Positions 1 to 8,639 of a DNA stretch of 64,000 nt are shown here, piece after piece. The position numbers and the translations under genes are program-made. The stretch is from assembly GCA_943367595.1 (NCBI GenBank), contig CALRJS020000011.1:19274-83273 (forward strand). Direction: 5' to 3'. The first letter of the stretch is position 1. Every line of letters begins with the position of its first letter. Source of the DNA: Sphingobacterium thalpophilum (lineage in GTDB: Bacteria; Cyanobacteriota; Cyanobacteriia; PCC-6307; Cyanobiaceae). Below the pieces are notes generated by a model. The model was not told the DNA's origin and did not search any database. It worked only from the letters and a program-made list of their open reading frames with translations.

Positions 1-327
1 AAACTCCTGGAGATCCTCTGGGGAGAGAATTTCATCCAACCAGCCCGAAAACTGTTGGTTTGTGATGACCGGCCAACCGGTCATCTGCATGTCACCGCGA
101 AAGCGCAGGCGCGGTTCCTCCCCCACGCCAAGGTGCACATCGGAACACTTGGTTTCAAAGGCCACACGCACCACCTCCTCCAGCGTGCGGGGCGTGGCTC
201 CGGAGGGGCGTGGCGGCGCCGGGGCCGGATTGACGCCATCCGCCGGCGTGGGCTGGGTGTCGGGCGCGGCCGCTGGGCTGGGGGGGAAGAGCGAGCTGGT
301 CATGGATCTGGTCAAGGTTGTGGCCAT
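1..327 (-). CDS. PilT-family type IV pilus retraction ATPase, N-terminal fragment (gene continues past the left edge)
   Basis: My own minus-strand translation from ATG 327 (or ATG 303) reads MATTLTRSMTSSLFPP...TLEEVVRVAFETKCSDVHLGVGEEPRLRFRGDMQMTGWPVITNQQFSGWLDEILSPEDLQEF. This matches the PilT/PilU N-terminal block (xSDxHLxxGxxPxxRxxG). It is absent from the ORF track because there is no stop inside the window. Confidence 0.55.
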   Translation of the reverse strand, partial: MATTLTRSMTSSLFPPSPAAAPDTQPTPADGVNPAPAPPRPSGATPRTLEEVVRVAFETKCSDVHLGVGEEPRLRFRGDMQMTGWPVITNQQFSGWLDEILSPEDLQEF

Positions 328-443
328 TTTGGAGGGAAAGTTCTCTCCTGAGAGAACGAGCGCCTGCCGTTCACTCCCGCAGCGGCCTGCCGCCGGAGCG
401 CGCCACCGGCTCTCCTTAGGATCGCCGTCCCCGCTCGGGCCCT

Positions 444-1565
444 TTGATCGCCACTGCTCCGCTCGTCAGCATCGTGCTGGGCACCAGGCCCGAAGCGATC
501 AAGCTGGCGCCGGTGATCCGCGCCTTCCAACAAGCCGAAGGCTTCCGCACCCGGGTGGTGCTCACCGGCCAGCACCGCGAAATGGTGGCGCAGGTGATGG
601 AGCTGTTCAGCCTCACCGCTGACCGCGACCTGGCCCTGATGACACCCCGCCAGACGCTCACCCACGTGACCTGCGCCGCCCTGGCGGGGCTGGAGCAGGA
701 CTTCACCGAGCACCGGCCGGATCTGGTGCTCGTCCAGGGCGACACCACCACCGCCTTCGCTTCCGCCCTGGCGGCCTTCTACCAGCAGATCCCGGTGGGG
801 CACGTGGAAGCCGGTCTGCGCACCGACAACCTGCTCGATCCCTTCCCCGAGGAAGCCAACCGCCGGCTGATTTCCCAGATCGGCCAGCTGCATTTCGCCC
901 CCACCTCGGTGTCGGAGGCGAACCTGCTGGCTTCCGGGGTGGTGGGACAGGTGCTGGTCACAGGCAACACCGTGATCGATGCGCTGCTGCTGATGGCGGA
1001 GCAGGCGCCGCTGCTGCAGCTTCCCGGCCTCGACTGGACGCAGCAGCGGGTGATCCTGGCCACCGTGCACCGCCGGGAGAACTGGGGAGAGCGGCTGCGC
1101 GCCATCGGTGAGGGCTTCCTGCGCCTGCTGGAACAGCACCCCGACACCGCCCTGCTGCTGCCGCTGCACCGCAACCCCACCGTTCGGGAACCGCTGCAGC
1201 AGATGCTGGGCGATCATCCGCGGGCCTTTCTCACCGAGCCGCTCGATTACGACGAGCTGGTGGGAGCGATCCGCGGTTGCACGCTGCTGCTCACCGACTC
1301 CGGCGGCCTGCAGGAAGAGGCCCCAGCCCTGGGCAAACCGGTGCTGGTGCTGCGACGCACCACGGAACGTCCGGAAGCGGTGTCTGCGGGCACAGCGCGG
1401 TTGATCGGCACCGATGCGACAGCGATTGCCACGGAAGCCGGGCGCCTGCTCGACGACCCTGCGGCCTACGCGGCCATGGCCATGGCCCACAACCCCTTCG
1501 GGGACGGCCAGGCGAGCGGCAGGATCGTCGCGGCCTGCCGGGCCTTCCTGGCAGAACGGAGCTGA
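444..1565 (+). CDS. wecB: UDP-N-acetylglucosamine 2-epimerase (non-hydrolysing)
   Basis: 373-aa ORF. The blocks VLGTRPEAIKLAPV, HVEAGLRT and LLLTDSGGLQEEAPALGKPVLVLR are signature blocks of the WecB/MnaA family. Confidence 0.92.
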   Translation: MIATAPLVSIVLGTRPEAIKLAPVIRAFQQAEGFRTRVVLTGQHREMVAQVMELFSLTADRDLALMTPRQTLTHVTCAALAGLEQDFTEHRPDLVLVQGDTTTAFASALAAFYQQIPVGHVEAGLRTDNLLDPFPEEANRRLISQIGQLHFAPTSVSEANLLASGVVGQVLVTGNTVIDALLLMAEQAPLLQLPGLDWTQQRVILATVHRRENWGERLRAIGEGFLRLLEQHPDTALLLPLHRNPTVREPLQQMLGDHPRAFLTEPLDYDELVGAIRGCTLLLTDSGGLQEEAPALGKPVLVLRRTTERPEAVSAGTARLIGTDATAIATEAGRLLDDPAAYAAMAMAHNPFGDGQASGRIVAACRAFLAERS

Positions 1566-1726
1566 ACGGGCGGCTGGACTGAGCTGCCAGTGGGGCTGAT
1601 CTGACAGTTGGCCGGAGCTGAGAGTGAGCCTGCTCTGGCAGTGAGCCTGATCTGCCGGTTGGCCTGAGCTGGCAATGAGACTGCCCTGCCAGTTGGCTTG
1701 GGCAGCTGGCCTGATCGAAGCGGGAT
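1566..1726. repeat. Degenerate 17-23 bp tandem repeat, TGA-rich on the + strand, in a convergent spacer
   Basis: The motif CTG[C/G/A]C[A/G]GT[T/G]GG recurs at about 1583, 1611, 1634, 1652, 1668 and 1686. There are 11 TGA triplets between 1563 and 1714, counted by hand. Confidence 0.7.
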
Positions 1727-2890
1727 TCAGCTGCCGGGGCGTTTCTTCGCCCAGGGGGGCAGATCGATGAACACCTGGGTGCCCGGTTCGAGGCCGGAGA
1801 GGATCTGGGTGTTGCGGCCGCTGCTGGAGCCGAGCGTCACCGGCTGGAAGGTGGGCTGGTTGTCCTTGCCCACCAGCAGCACCCCGGGCCGCCCTTCTTC
1901 GGTGACCACCGCAACGGTGGGAACAAGGGTCTGGGCCGGCAGGGTGCCGGTCTTGAAGTCGATGTCGGCAGTCATGCCGATCCGCAGCTCGCTGTGGGGG
2001 TCGGTGAACAGCAGCTTCACGTCAAAGGAGGTGACGTTGTTGGTCTTCACCGCCCGGGGAGCGATCTGGCGCACGCGCGCGGTGAAGCGGCGCTCCGGGA
2101 AGGCATCGACCCGCATGGTGGCGATCTGACCGAGGCGGATGCGGCCGATGTCGCTTTCCGGCACCTTGGCCACCGCCTCCAGGCCGCGGGCGAGCTCCAC
2201 CACCGATGAGCTGGAGGCGCCCGCATTGGCGGAGGCCGAGGTGGTGGGGGTGACGAAGGCGCCGGGGTCGGCGAAGCGCTGGGTGATCACGCCGTCGAAG
2301 GGTGCGCGGATGGTGAGCTCGCCGCGCTCGACATCCCGCTGAGCGTTGCGCTGCCGGGCCGCATCCAGAGCCGCCTTGCTGGTGAGCATGCGGGTGCGGA
2401 AGGTGACGATGTCGTCCTGGCTGATCGCTCCCTGCTGGTAGAGCCTCTGGCGGCGTTCGAACTCCGAGCGGCTGCGGGCGTACTCGGCGGCCGCCTGCCG
2501 CTCCTGGGCCAGCAGTTCATTCTCCCGATCGCGCAGGTCACCGCTGTCCATCAGGGCGATGGGTTGGCCGGCCCGCACGAGATCGCCCTCATCCACGAAC
2601 AGGTCGGCAAGGACACCCCCCCGCTTGGGGCTGACGTTGACGCTGCGGGCCGCTTCCAGCTCGCCGCTGGCTGTGACGATGCCCGGCAGGCTGCCGCGCT
2701 CAGCCTTCACCACATAGGTGGCGAGCGATTGCTGCTGCTGGGTGGTGCTGCGCTGGCGCTGCCAGAGGGCCGCACCACCGATCAGGATCACGGCTGCGGC
2801 CACCCCTGCCCACAGGGGCCAGCGCCGCTTCCTCGGGCTGGGCCGGCGCGGGGCGGCCGGAACCGGTTGTTCCTGGGGCGGTGTCAACAC
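1727..2890 (-). CDS. Efflux transporter periplasmic adaptor subunit (HlyD/MacA/DevB family)
   Basis: This is the C-terminal two-thirds of the 629-aa track ORF. It has an N-terminal TM helix (WPLWAGVAAAVILIGGAAL), a coiled-coil (ENELLAQERQAAAEYARSRSEFERRQRLYQQG), and LTIRAPFDGVIT and RIGMTADIDF blocks. The upstream roughly 200 codons are antisense to ychF and were rejected. Start set at GTG 2890; TTG 2887 and ATG 3013 are alternatives. Confidence 0.85.
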   Translation of the reverse strand: MLTPPQEQPVPAAPRRPSPRKRRWPLWAGVAAAVILIGGAALWQRQRSTTQQQQSLATYVVKAERGSLPGIVTASGELEAARSVNVSPKRGGVLADLFVDEGDLVRAGQPIALMDSGDLRDRENELLAQERQAAAEYARSRSEFERRQRLYQQGAISQDDIVTFRTRMLTSKAALDAARQRNAQRDVERGELTIRAPFDGVITQRFADPGAFVTPTTSASANAGASSSSVVELARGLEAVAKVPESDIGRIRLGQIATMRVDAFPERRFTARVRQIAPRAVKTNNVTSFDVKLLFTDPHSELRIGMTADIDFKTGTLPAQTLVPTVAVVTEEGRPGVLLVGKDNQPTFQPVTLGSSSGRNTQILSGLEPGTQVFIDLPPWAKKRPGS

Positions 2891-3011
2891 CGGCGCGGGG
2901 CGAAGGGCGGAGCGGGGAATGACGGTCAGCGGTCGCTGTAACCAGTCTTGATGGTCGCGGCGGAAAACGTGGCCATGGGAGGCCCGGGGGGCGCCGTTTA
3001 GATTTCGCGCC

Positions 3012-4103
3012 ATGCTCAAAGCCGGAATCGTGGGGCTGCCCAACGTGGGCAAATCCACCCTCTTCAACGCCCTGGTGGCCAACGCCCAGGCCCAGGCCGC
3101 CAACTTTCCGTTCTGCACGATCGAGCCGAACGTCGGCTCCGTGGCGGTGCCCGACGGGCGCCTGAACAGGCTTGCGGAGGTGTCCAGTTCCCGCGAGATC
3201 GTGCCCACCCGGGTGGAGTTCGTCGACATCGCCGGCCTGGTGAAGGGCGCCAGCCAGGGCGAAGGGCTCGGCAACAAATTCCTCGCCAACATCCGCGAGG
3301 TGGACGCGATCGTGCACGTGGTGCGTTGCTTCGAGGACGACGACGTGATCCACGTGGCTGGGCAGGTGGATCCCGCCCACGACGCCGAGATCATCAATCT
3401 GGAGCTGGCTCTCGCTGACCTGACCCAGGTGGAGAAGCGGCGGGAACGGCTCAAGAAGCAGGCCCGCACCAGCAAGGAAGCCCAGGCGGAAGATGAGGTG
3501 CTGGGCCGGATCGCCGCAGCGCTGGAAGCCGGTGCACCGGCGCGCGGGGTTGCCCTCAGCGCCGACGAGCGCGAGACGATCCGTCCGCTCGGCCTGCTCA
3601 CCCTCAAGCCGATCATCTACGCCACCAACGTCTCGGAAGACGACCTGGCGGCCGGCAACGACCACAGCGACGCCGTGGTGTCCCTCGCCCAGCGTGAAGG
3701 GGCAGAGGTGGTGCGGATTTCAGCGCAGGTGGAGGCGGAGCTGGTGGAGCTCGGCGAGGCCGAGCGCGCCGACTATCTCGACGGGCTGGGGGTGAGCGAA
3801 GGAGGGTTGCAGAGCCTGATCCGCGCCACCTACCAGCTGCTGGGCCTGCGCACCTACTTCACCACCGGCGAGAAGGAAACCCGGGCCTGGACGATCACTG
3901 CCGGCATGACCGCGCCCCAGGCCGCCGGCGTGATCCACACCGACTTTGAGCGGGGCTTCATCCGCGCCCAGACCGTGGCCTACGCGCAGCTGATCGAAGC
4001 GGGCTCCCTGCCCGAAGCACGCAACCGAGGCTGGCTGCGCAGCGAGGGCAAGGAGTATGTGGTGGCCGAAGGCGACGTGATGGAGTTCCTGTTCAACGTC
4101 TGA
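3012..4103 (+). CDS. ychF: Ribosome-binding, redox-regulated ATPase YchF
   Basis: P-loop MLKAGIVGLPNVGKSTLFNAL, the TGEKETRAWT block and the TGS-like C-terminus VVAEGDVMEFLFNV. 363 aa. Confidence 0.96.
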   Translation: MLKAGIVGLPNVGKSTLFNALVANAQAQAANFPFCTIEPNVGSVAVPDGRLNRLAEVSSSREIVPTRVEFVDIAGLVKGASQGEGLGNKFLANIREVDAIVHVVRCFEDDDVIHVAGQVDPAHDAEIINLELALADLTQVEKRRERLKKQARTSKEAQAEDEVLGRIAAALEAGAPARGVALSADERETIRPLGLLTLKPIIYATNVSEDDLAAGNDHSDAVVSLAQREGAEVVRISAQVEAELVELGEAERADYLDGLGVSEGGLQSLIRATYQLLGLRTYFTTGEKETRAWTITAGMTAPQAAGVIHTDFERGFIRAQTVAYAQLIEAGSLPEARNRGWLRSEGKEYVVAEGDVMEFLFNV

Positions 4104-4104
4104 C

Positions 4105-4137
4105 CCGGCTTCAACGGTCTTCCGACGTTGAGGCTGG
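4105..4137 (+). terminator. Hairpin directly after the ychF stop (no U-tract)
   Basis: CCGGCTTCAACG (4105-4116), a 9-nt loop, then CGTTGAGGCTGG (4126-4137). This gives 12 pairs including two G-U. It starts 2 nt after the TGA at 4101-4103. Confidence 0.3.
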
Positions 4138-4448
4138 AACACGGATGGAACGGTTGAGGCTGTGGCATGACGTCATCGGTCAGCATCAGCCGGCTCGGGC
4201 CACCTGGGCGACTCTGGCGACTCAGAGCAGCATGCAGCATCGGCAGCGTCGGGCGCATTGGCTGATCCTGAGGGGTACCTGGGCGATGGGCGCGGATCAG
4301 CCGGGGCTCAGCTCAGCCGAGGTTCCACACCAACAGACAGTTGGGGGGTAAGCCCCGCACAGAACGTTGCGCCGCCCTTTGCTTTGGCTTCGGTTGCCCA
4401 GGCGGTGTCGGCCTTCGGCGAGGATGGTGTCCGACGAGGCGAACCCTG

Positions 4449-4781
4449 ATGAACCCCTCCCAGGAGCCCTCTGCAGGCAGCACGGCGGCAGCCGGGAACC
4501 AGCCGGCTGCTGAGCCGCCGCTGGCCGAGGTCACCAGCGGCACCGCGGCAACCCCCGACGGCACTGCCGGATCCGCCGCCGGCGCGCTCAATGCCGGCAC
4601 CCACAACTTCGAGATTCAGAAGGAGCTGCACCAGCGCATCCGCAACGACCCCGACTACGACGACTGGGAGTACGGCACCGAGCCCCTGCCTCACGAGCAG
4701 CAGGGCTGGATTTCCCGGCCCGCCCCGGGCGGAGGGTCAGATCACGCTGGAGGCGCTGGCATGGGGGTGGACGCGGGCTAA
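4449..4781 (+). CDS. Small hydrophilic hypothetical protein (about 110 aa)
   Basis: ATG at 4449 inside the 146-aa track ORF. Third-position G/C bias is strong. Well-formed segment NFEIQKELHQRIRNDPDYDDWEYGTEPLPHEQQGW. The 3' end overlaps the convergent MFS gene by 45 nt. Confidence 0.5.
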   Translation: MNPSQEPSAGSTAAAGNQPAAEPPLAEVTSGTAATPDGTAGSAAGALNAGTHNFEIQKELHQRIRNDPDYDDWEYGTEPLPHEQQGWISRPAPGGGSDHAGGAGMGVDAG

Positions 4782-5978
4782 GGGCCGCACCAGGGTGAGG
4801 CCCAGCAGGCAGAGCGCCGCCATCGCCAGCCAGAGGCCGGCCCCATGCCGCTGCTGGTCGAGGAACAGGCCCGCCACCTGGGGCGCCACGAAGGCACTCA
4901 CCGCAAAACACTGCGAGAACAGCGCCATGGCCATGCCTTGATGGGCGGGGGGCGTGATCTCCACCACTGCTTCGGTGGCCGTGGGCAGAAAGGCGGCCAC
5001 AGCCGCCGCCAGCGGCAGCTGGGCCAGCAGCAGCACCGTGAGGCTGTGCCAGCCCAGGCTCGAGAAGGCCAGCAGGGAGCTGCCGAGCGCGAAACCCAGC
5101 AGGCTCAGTCCGAGCCCGAAGGCCACCGAGCGCTCTGACAGCCAGCGCCCCAGCGGCCATTGCAGGGCCAGCAGGAGCCCCAGCTGCAGCGCCAGCAGCA
5201 GAGCACCGGTGCTCTCCGGCAGGGGGGGGCGGGCCAGCCCGCCGCGCACCAGATCCAGGGGCAGGGCGCCCTGCAGCAGGGCCACCATGCCGGTGGACAG
5301 CACCGTCATCGCCAGCAGGGGCAGCAGGGGCCGCACCCATCCCTGCCAGGAATCGAGTCGGATGTCGGCACTGCGGGCTGGTGCCGGCGGCAGCGGCCGG
5401 CGCAGCAGCAGGCTCAGCAGCACGACCATGCAGGCGATGTCGACGAGGAAGATGCCCCTCAACCGGCCAAGGGCCGCCAGCCCGGAGCCCAGCAGCACGC
5501 CGGTGGCGATGCCAAGCGCATCAGCGGTGCGCACCAGCGCGAAGGCGCGGCTGGAAGGCAACGGCGCGCAGCTCTGGGTCACGGCGAGTTCGATCGCGGG
5601 CCACCAGAGCCCGAGGGCCAGTCCGATCAGCATCTGCCCGCTCACGTAGGCGGGAAAGCTGGTGGCGCTGTAGAGGCGCGCGTCGGCCAGCACCGAGATC
5701 AAGGCGGCCAGCACGATCGGGCCATTGCAGGAGCGGCCGCGGTCGAGCCACCAGCCGCAAAGCAACCGACCGGCCGTACCGGCCAGTGCGGCTGCCGCCA
5801 GCCCCTGCCCGACCGCGGTGGCGGAGAAGCCGGCGTTGTGGAACACCACAGCGGTGAGATAGATCACGCCGCCGCCACCAAGGCCGCTCAGCAGCCGCAT
5901 CCAGCACAATTGCTGCAGGGGCGCGGGAAACTGGAGGAACCAGCCGAGGCCGCTTGCCCCTGCGCGACGTCGTGTCAA
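4737..5978 (-). CDS. MFS transporter
   Basis: 413-aa multi-pass hydrophobic protein. GRLLCGWWLDRGR resembles MFS motif A (GxxxDRxGR) between TM2 and TM3. Confidence 0.85.
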   Translation of the reverse strand: MTRRRAGASGLGWFLQFPAPLQQLCWMRLLSGLGGGGVIYLTAVVFHNAGFSATAVGQGLAAAALAGTAGRLLCGWWLDRGRSCNGPIVLAALISVLADARLYSATSFPAYVSGQMLIGLALGLWWPAIELAVTQSCAPLPSSRAFALVRTADALGIATGVLLGSGLAALGRLRGIFLVDIACMVVLLSLLLRRPLPPAPARSADIRLDSWQGWVRPLLPLLAMTVLSTGMVALLQGALPLDLVRGGLARPPLPESTGALLLALQLGLLLALQWPLGRWLSERSVAFGLGLSLLGFALGSSLLAFSSLGWHSLTVLLLAQLPLAAAVAAFLPTATEAVVEITPPAHQGMAMALFSQCFAVSAFVAPQVAGLFLDQQRHGAGLWLAMAALCLLGLTLVRPLARVHPHASASSVI

Positions 5979-7549
5979 ACCGGTTCCGATCGCTGTTCGT
6001 GCTTCTCACCAGTCTGCTGGTCGGGGGTGGCAGTCCTGCCAAGGCCGCGGATCAACTGATCGTTCGGCTCGACGGGTTCTCGCTGCCGATCGATATCGGC
6101 CAGCTGGAAGCCTGGAGCCGTGATCCCGGCTCCCGGGGCAACGACCTGGGCGTGTGGTTCGAGTTGCTCGACCCCCGCAGCCGCGAGGATCTGCGCCGCC
6201 TGTTGCTCACGCCGATCCTGGAGGAGCGCGACCTGGCTCTGCAGTTGATCCAGAGCTGGGCGGGCCGGCAGGTGGTCGAGGAGATGGGGGCACTGCTCAG
6301 CACCGACCAGAGCGGCAGCGGCCCCCTGCTGGTGAACACACTCCGCGGCCTGCTGCAGCGCCCGGAACCGGTCACCCCGCTGAGCCTGCTGCGGGCCGTG
6401 CCCGCCCCCCGGCTCACCCTGGAGGTGGACGAGGTGCTGAAGCTGGCCCAGCAATGGCGCCGGCAGGTGGAGCTGCAGGGCCAGGCCCTGCGGCAGTTGC
6501 GTCAGCTGCGGCTGCCCCTGACCGCCACCCCCAGCGCGGCACGGGCGCCCGCCCTGCAGCCCACCGGCGCTGTTCCCATGCCCCGCCTGCTGGAACTGGC
6601 GGTGACCCACCGGCCCGACCCGCTCAAGATCGAGCTGTGGGAGGCGGTGGGGCCCGCTCGGGGCACCTACCTGCTGGTGATGCCCGGCCTGGGCAGCAGC
6701 GGCGCCCAGCTGAACTGGCTGGCCCGCGGGCTGGCGGAGCGCGGCTACCCGGTGCTGCTGATCGATGACCCCAGCAGCGACGAACGCGTCGTGCGGCAGC
6801 TGCTGGATGGGCAGCGCCCGCCCCCCGGCGCCGAGACCCTCCCCGCCCGCCTGGCGGATGTGGAGGCGGTGCTGAAGGCCGAGCAGGACGGCCGGCTGCC
6901 GCCCCTGGGCTCCTCTGCGGTGCTGCTGGGCCATTCGCTCGGTGGGCTGTCAGCGCTGATGGCCGGAGGCGCCCGGCCCATGGCGGGACTCGACCAGCGC
7001 TGCAAGCAGGAGATGAAAGGGATCCCGCTCAACAACCTCTCGCGGCTGTTGCAATGCCAGCTGCCGGAGGTGCCCTTGCCTGAGGTGGGCAGCGGCGACG
7101 GCCGCGACCCGGTGGCGGCGGTGGTGAGCTTCAATCCCTTCGGCAGCCTGCTCTGGCCAGGCCGCGGCCTCGATCGCCTCAACGGCACGCCGCTGCTGAT
7201 GGTGGGCGGCGGCCTCGATCTGGTCACGCCGCCGGTGGGCGAGCAGTTGGAGCTCTTCCTGCAGCAGCACAACCCCCGCAGCCGGCTGGTGATGGTGGAG
7301 GGAGGCAGCCACTTCTCGGTGGTGCGCCTCGGTGACGACAACCCCGCGCTGCTGCAGCTGGGCGAGGAGCTGGTCGGGGTGGAGCCGCATCAGGTGCAGG
7401 AGCTGCTGCTCAACCTCACCGCCGACTTCCTCGGCTCCCTCGACGGGTCCGCTGCCCTGGCCAGCCAGCAGCGCCTGCAGGGCACCGTGCGGGCCTATGT
7501 GCTCGACCGGGAGGCTGCCCGCCACTGGCACCGGCGCCTCGACGGCTGA
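5954..7549 (+). CDS. Alpha/beta hydrolase with DUF1400-like N-terminal domain
   Basis: Signal-like N-terminus. The LIVRLDGFSLPIDIGQLEAW...LLDPRSREDLRRLL segment resembles cyanobacterial DUF1400. Nucleophile elbow VLLGHSLGG. The start could be GTG 5972 rather than TTG 5954. Confidence 0.8.
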   Translation: MPLRDVVSNRFRSLFVLLTSLLVGGGSPAKAADQLIVRLDGFSLPIDIGQLEAWSRDPGSRGNDLGVWFELLDPRSREDLRRLLLTPILEERDLALQLIQSWAGRQVVEEMGALLSTDQSGSGPLLVNTLRGLLQRPEPVTPLSLLRAVPAPRLTLEVDEVLKLAQQWRRQVELQGQALRQLRQLRLPLTATPSAARAPALQPTGAVPMPRLLELAVTHRPDPLKIELWEAVGPARGTYLLVMPGLGSSGAQLNWLARGLAERGYPVLLIDDPSSDERVVRQLLDGQRPPPGAETLPARLADVEAVLKAEQDGRLPPLGSSAVLLGHSLGGLSALMAGGARPMAGLDQRCKQEMKGIPLNNLSRLLQCQLPEVPLPEVGSGDGRDPVAAVVSFNPFGSLLWPGRGLDRLNGTPLLMVGGGLDLVTPPVGEQLELFLQQHNPRSRLVMVEGGSHFSVVRLGDDNPALLQLGEELVGVEPHQVQELLLNLTADFLGSLDGSAALASQQRLQGTVRAYVLDREAARHWHRRLDG

Positions 7550-7619
7550 ACGGCACACAGCGGAAGCGAGCAGCACCGGCTTCAGCAGCAAGCGTCAGGA
7601 CAGGGTCCGGCAGCCAGCG

Positions 7620-8639
7620 TCAGAACCGAATCCGCGGATCCAGCAGCGCCACGAGCAGATCCACCACCACGCTCACCAGCACCACCAGCGCCGCCACCAC
7701 CACCACGATCCCCTGCACCAGGGGGTAGTCGCGCTGGGCGATCGCTTCCTGCAGCCGGAAGGCGATGCCCGGCCACGAATAGGTGACCTCAATCAGCAGG
7801 GCACCACCGATCAGGGACGCCACGGTGATCCCGGTGATCGTGAGCACGGGCAACAGGGCATTCGGCAGGGCGTGGCGCAGCACGACCCTTGGTTCGCTCA
7901 GGCCGCGGCTGCGGGCCGCTTCCACGTAGTCGGAGCGGAGCGCCCGGCGCAGATTGAGCCGCAGCGCGTTGTCGAAGATGCCGCTGAGCAGCACGCCCAG
8001 CGTGGTGGCGGGCAACACCAGATGCCGCACGGTGCCGCTGAACTGCTGCCAGTTGCCGGCCCGCAGGCTGTCGAACAGGTAGAAGCCAGAGCCGGTGGGC
8101 GGCAGCAGCGTGACCGGGAAGCGGCCACCCACCGGCAACCAACCGAGCCAGACGGCGAACACCAGTTGCACCACCATCGCCGCCCAGAACGGCGGCAGGG
8201 CGTAGGTGCCGATGCCGTAGAGGCGGCCGGCCAGATCGAGCTTGCCGTCGGGGCGGGCGATGCCGGAGAAGCCCACCGCCAGCCCCAGCACGGCGGCGAT
8301 CAACAGCGCGCACACGCCCAGCTCCAGGCTGGCCGGCAGGCTCTGGCTGATCACCTGGGCCACCGGTGTCTGGTTGGTGAGCGAGGCGCCCAGATCCCCG
8401 CGCAGCAAACCCAGCAGGAACTGGCCGTACTGGGTGAGCAGCGGCAGATCAAGCCCGAGTTGCTGGCGCAGGGCGGCGCGGGCCTCCTCCGGAGCGCGGA
8501 TGCCGAGCAGGGCATCGATCGGGTCACCCGGCGCCAGCCGCAGCAGCAGGAACACCAGCGTGGCGATCAGCCAGAGCATCACCGGGCCAAGCAGCAGGCG
8601 GCTGGCGCCGTAGCGCAACAGCTGGGAACGGCGGCTCAT
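7620..8639 (-). CDS. ABC transporter permease (DppB/OppB type, peptide/nickel class)
   Basis: Start MSRRSQLLRYGASRLLLGPVMLWLIATLVFLLLRLAPGDPIDALLG, and the EAA loop YVEAARSRGLSEPRVVLRHALPNALLP. ATG 8639 overlaps the upstream stop (ATGA). Confidence 0.9.
   Translation of the reverse strand: MSRRSQLLRYGASRLLLGPVMLWLIATLVFLLLRLAPGDPIDALLGIRAPEEARAALRQQLGLDLPLLTQYGQFLLGLLRGDLGASLTNQTPVAQVISQSLPASLELGVCALLIAAVLGLAVGFSGIARPDGKLDLAGRLYGIGTYALPPFWAAMVVQLVFAVWLGWLPVGGRFPVTLLPPTGSGFYLFDSLRAGNWQQFSGTVRHLVLPATTLGVLLSGIFDNALRLNLRRALRSDYVEAARSRGLSEPRVVLRHALPNALLPVLTITGITVASLIGGALLIEVTYSWPGIAFRLQEAIAQRDYPLVQGIVVVVAALVVLVSVVVDLLVALLDPRIRF

Noticed and set aside
3011-3014. Back-to-back divergent start codons sharing a CATG (3011-3014 for the adaptor gene and ychF; 55177-55180 for DUF92 and the hypothetical gene)
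   Set aside because: In both cases the minus-strand ATG is only the longest-ORF start. Downstream GTG starts (2890 and 55056) give proteins beginning at the expected N-terminal features and leave a normal divergent promoter spacer.
1727-3616. Over-extended N-termini of the longest-ORF calls (1727-3616, 13451-14503, 13777-16128, 16149-17825, 43066-46857, 48948-50519, 50384-52468, 54202-55629)
   Set aside because: The extensions run antisense through neighbouring genes and lack family sequence. Internal starts that abut or overlap the neighbouring stop by 4 nt give proteins of canonical length, so the calls were trimmed.
4167-4176. Perfect 10-bp palindromes ATGACGTCAT (4167-4176) and TGATCGATCA (37914-37923, 11 nt upstream of the SbtA-like start)
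   Set aside because: Dozens of 10-bp perfect palindromes are expected by chance in 64 kb. Neither matches a cyanobacterial regulator site I can name (NtcA GTA-N8-TAC, LexA, Fur). There is no second copy to suggest a regulon.
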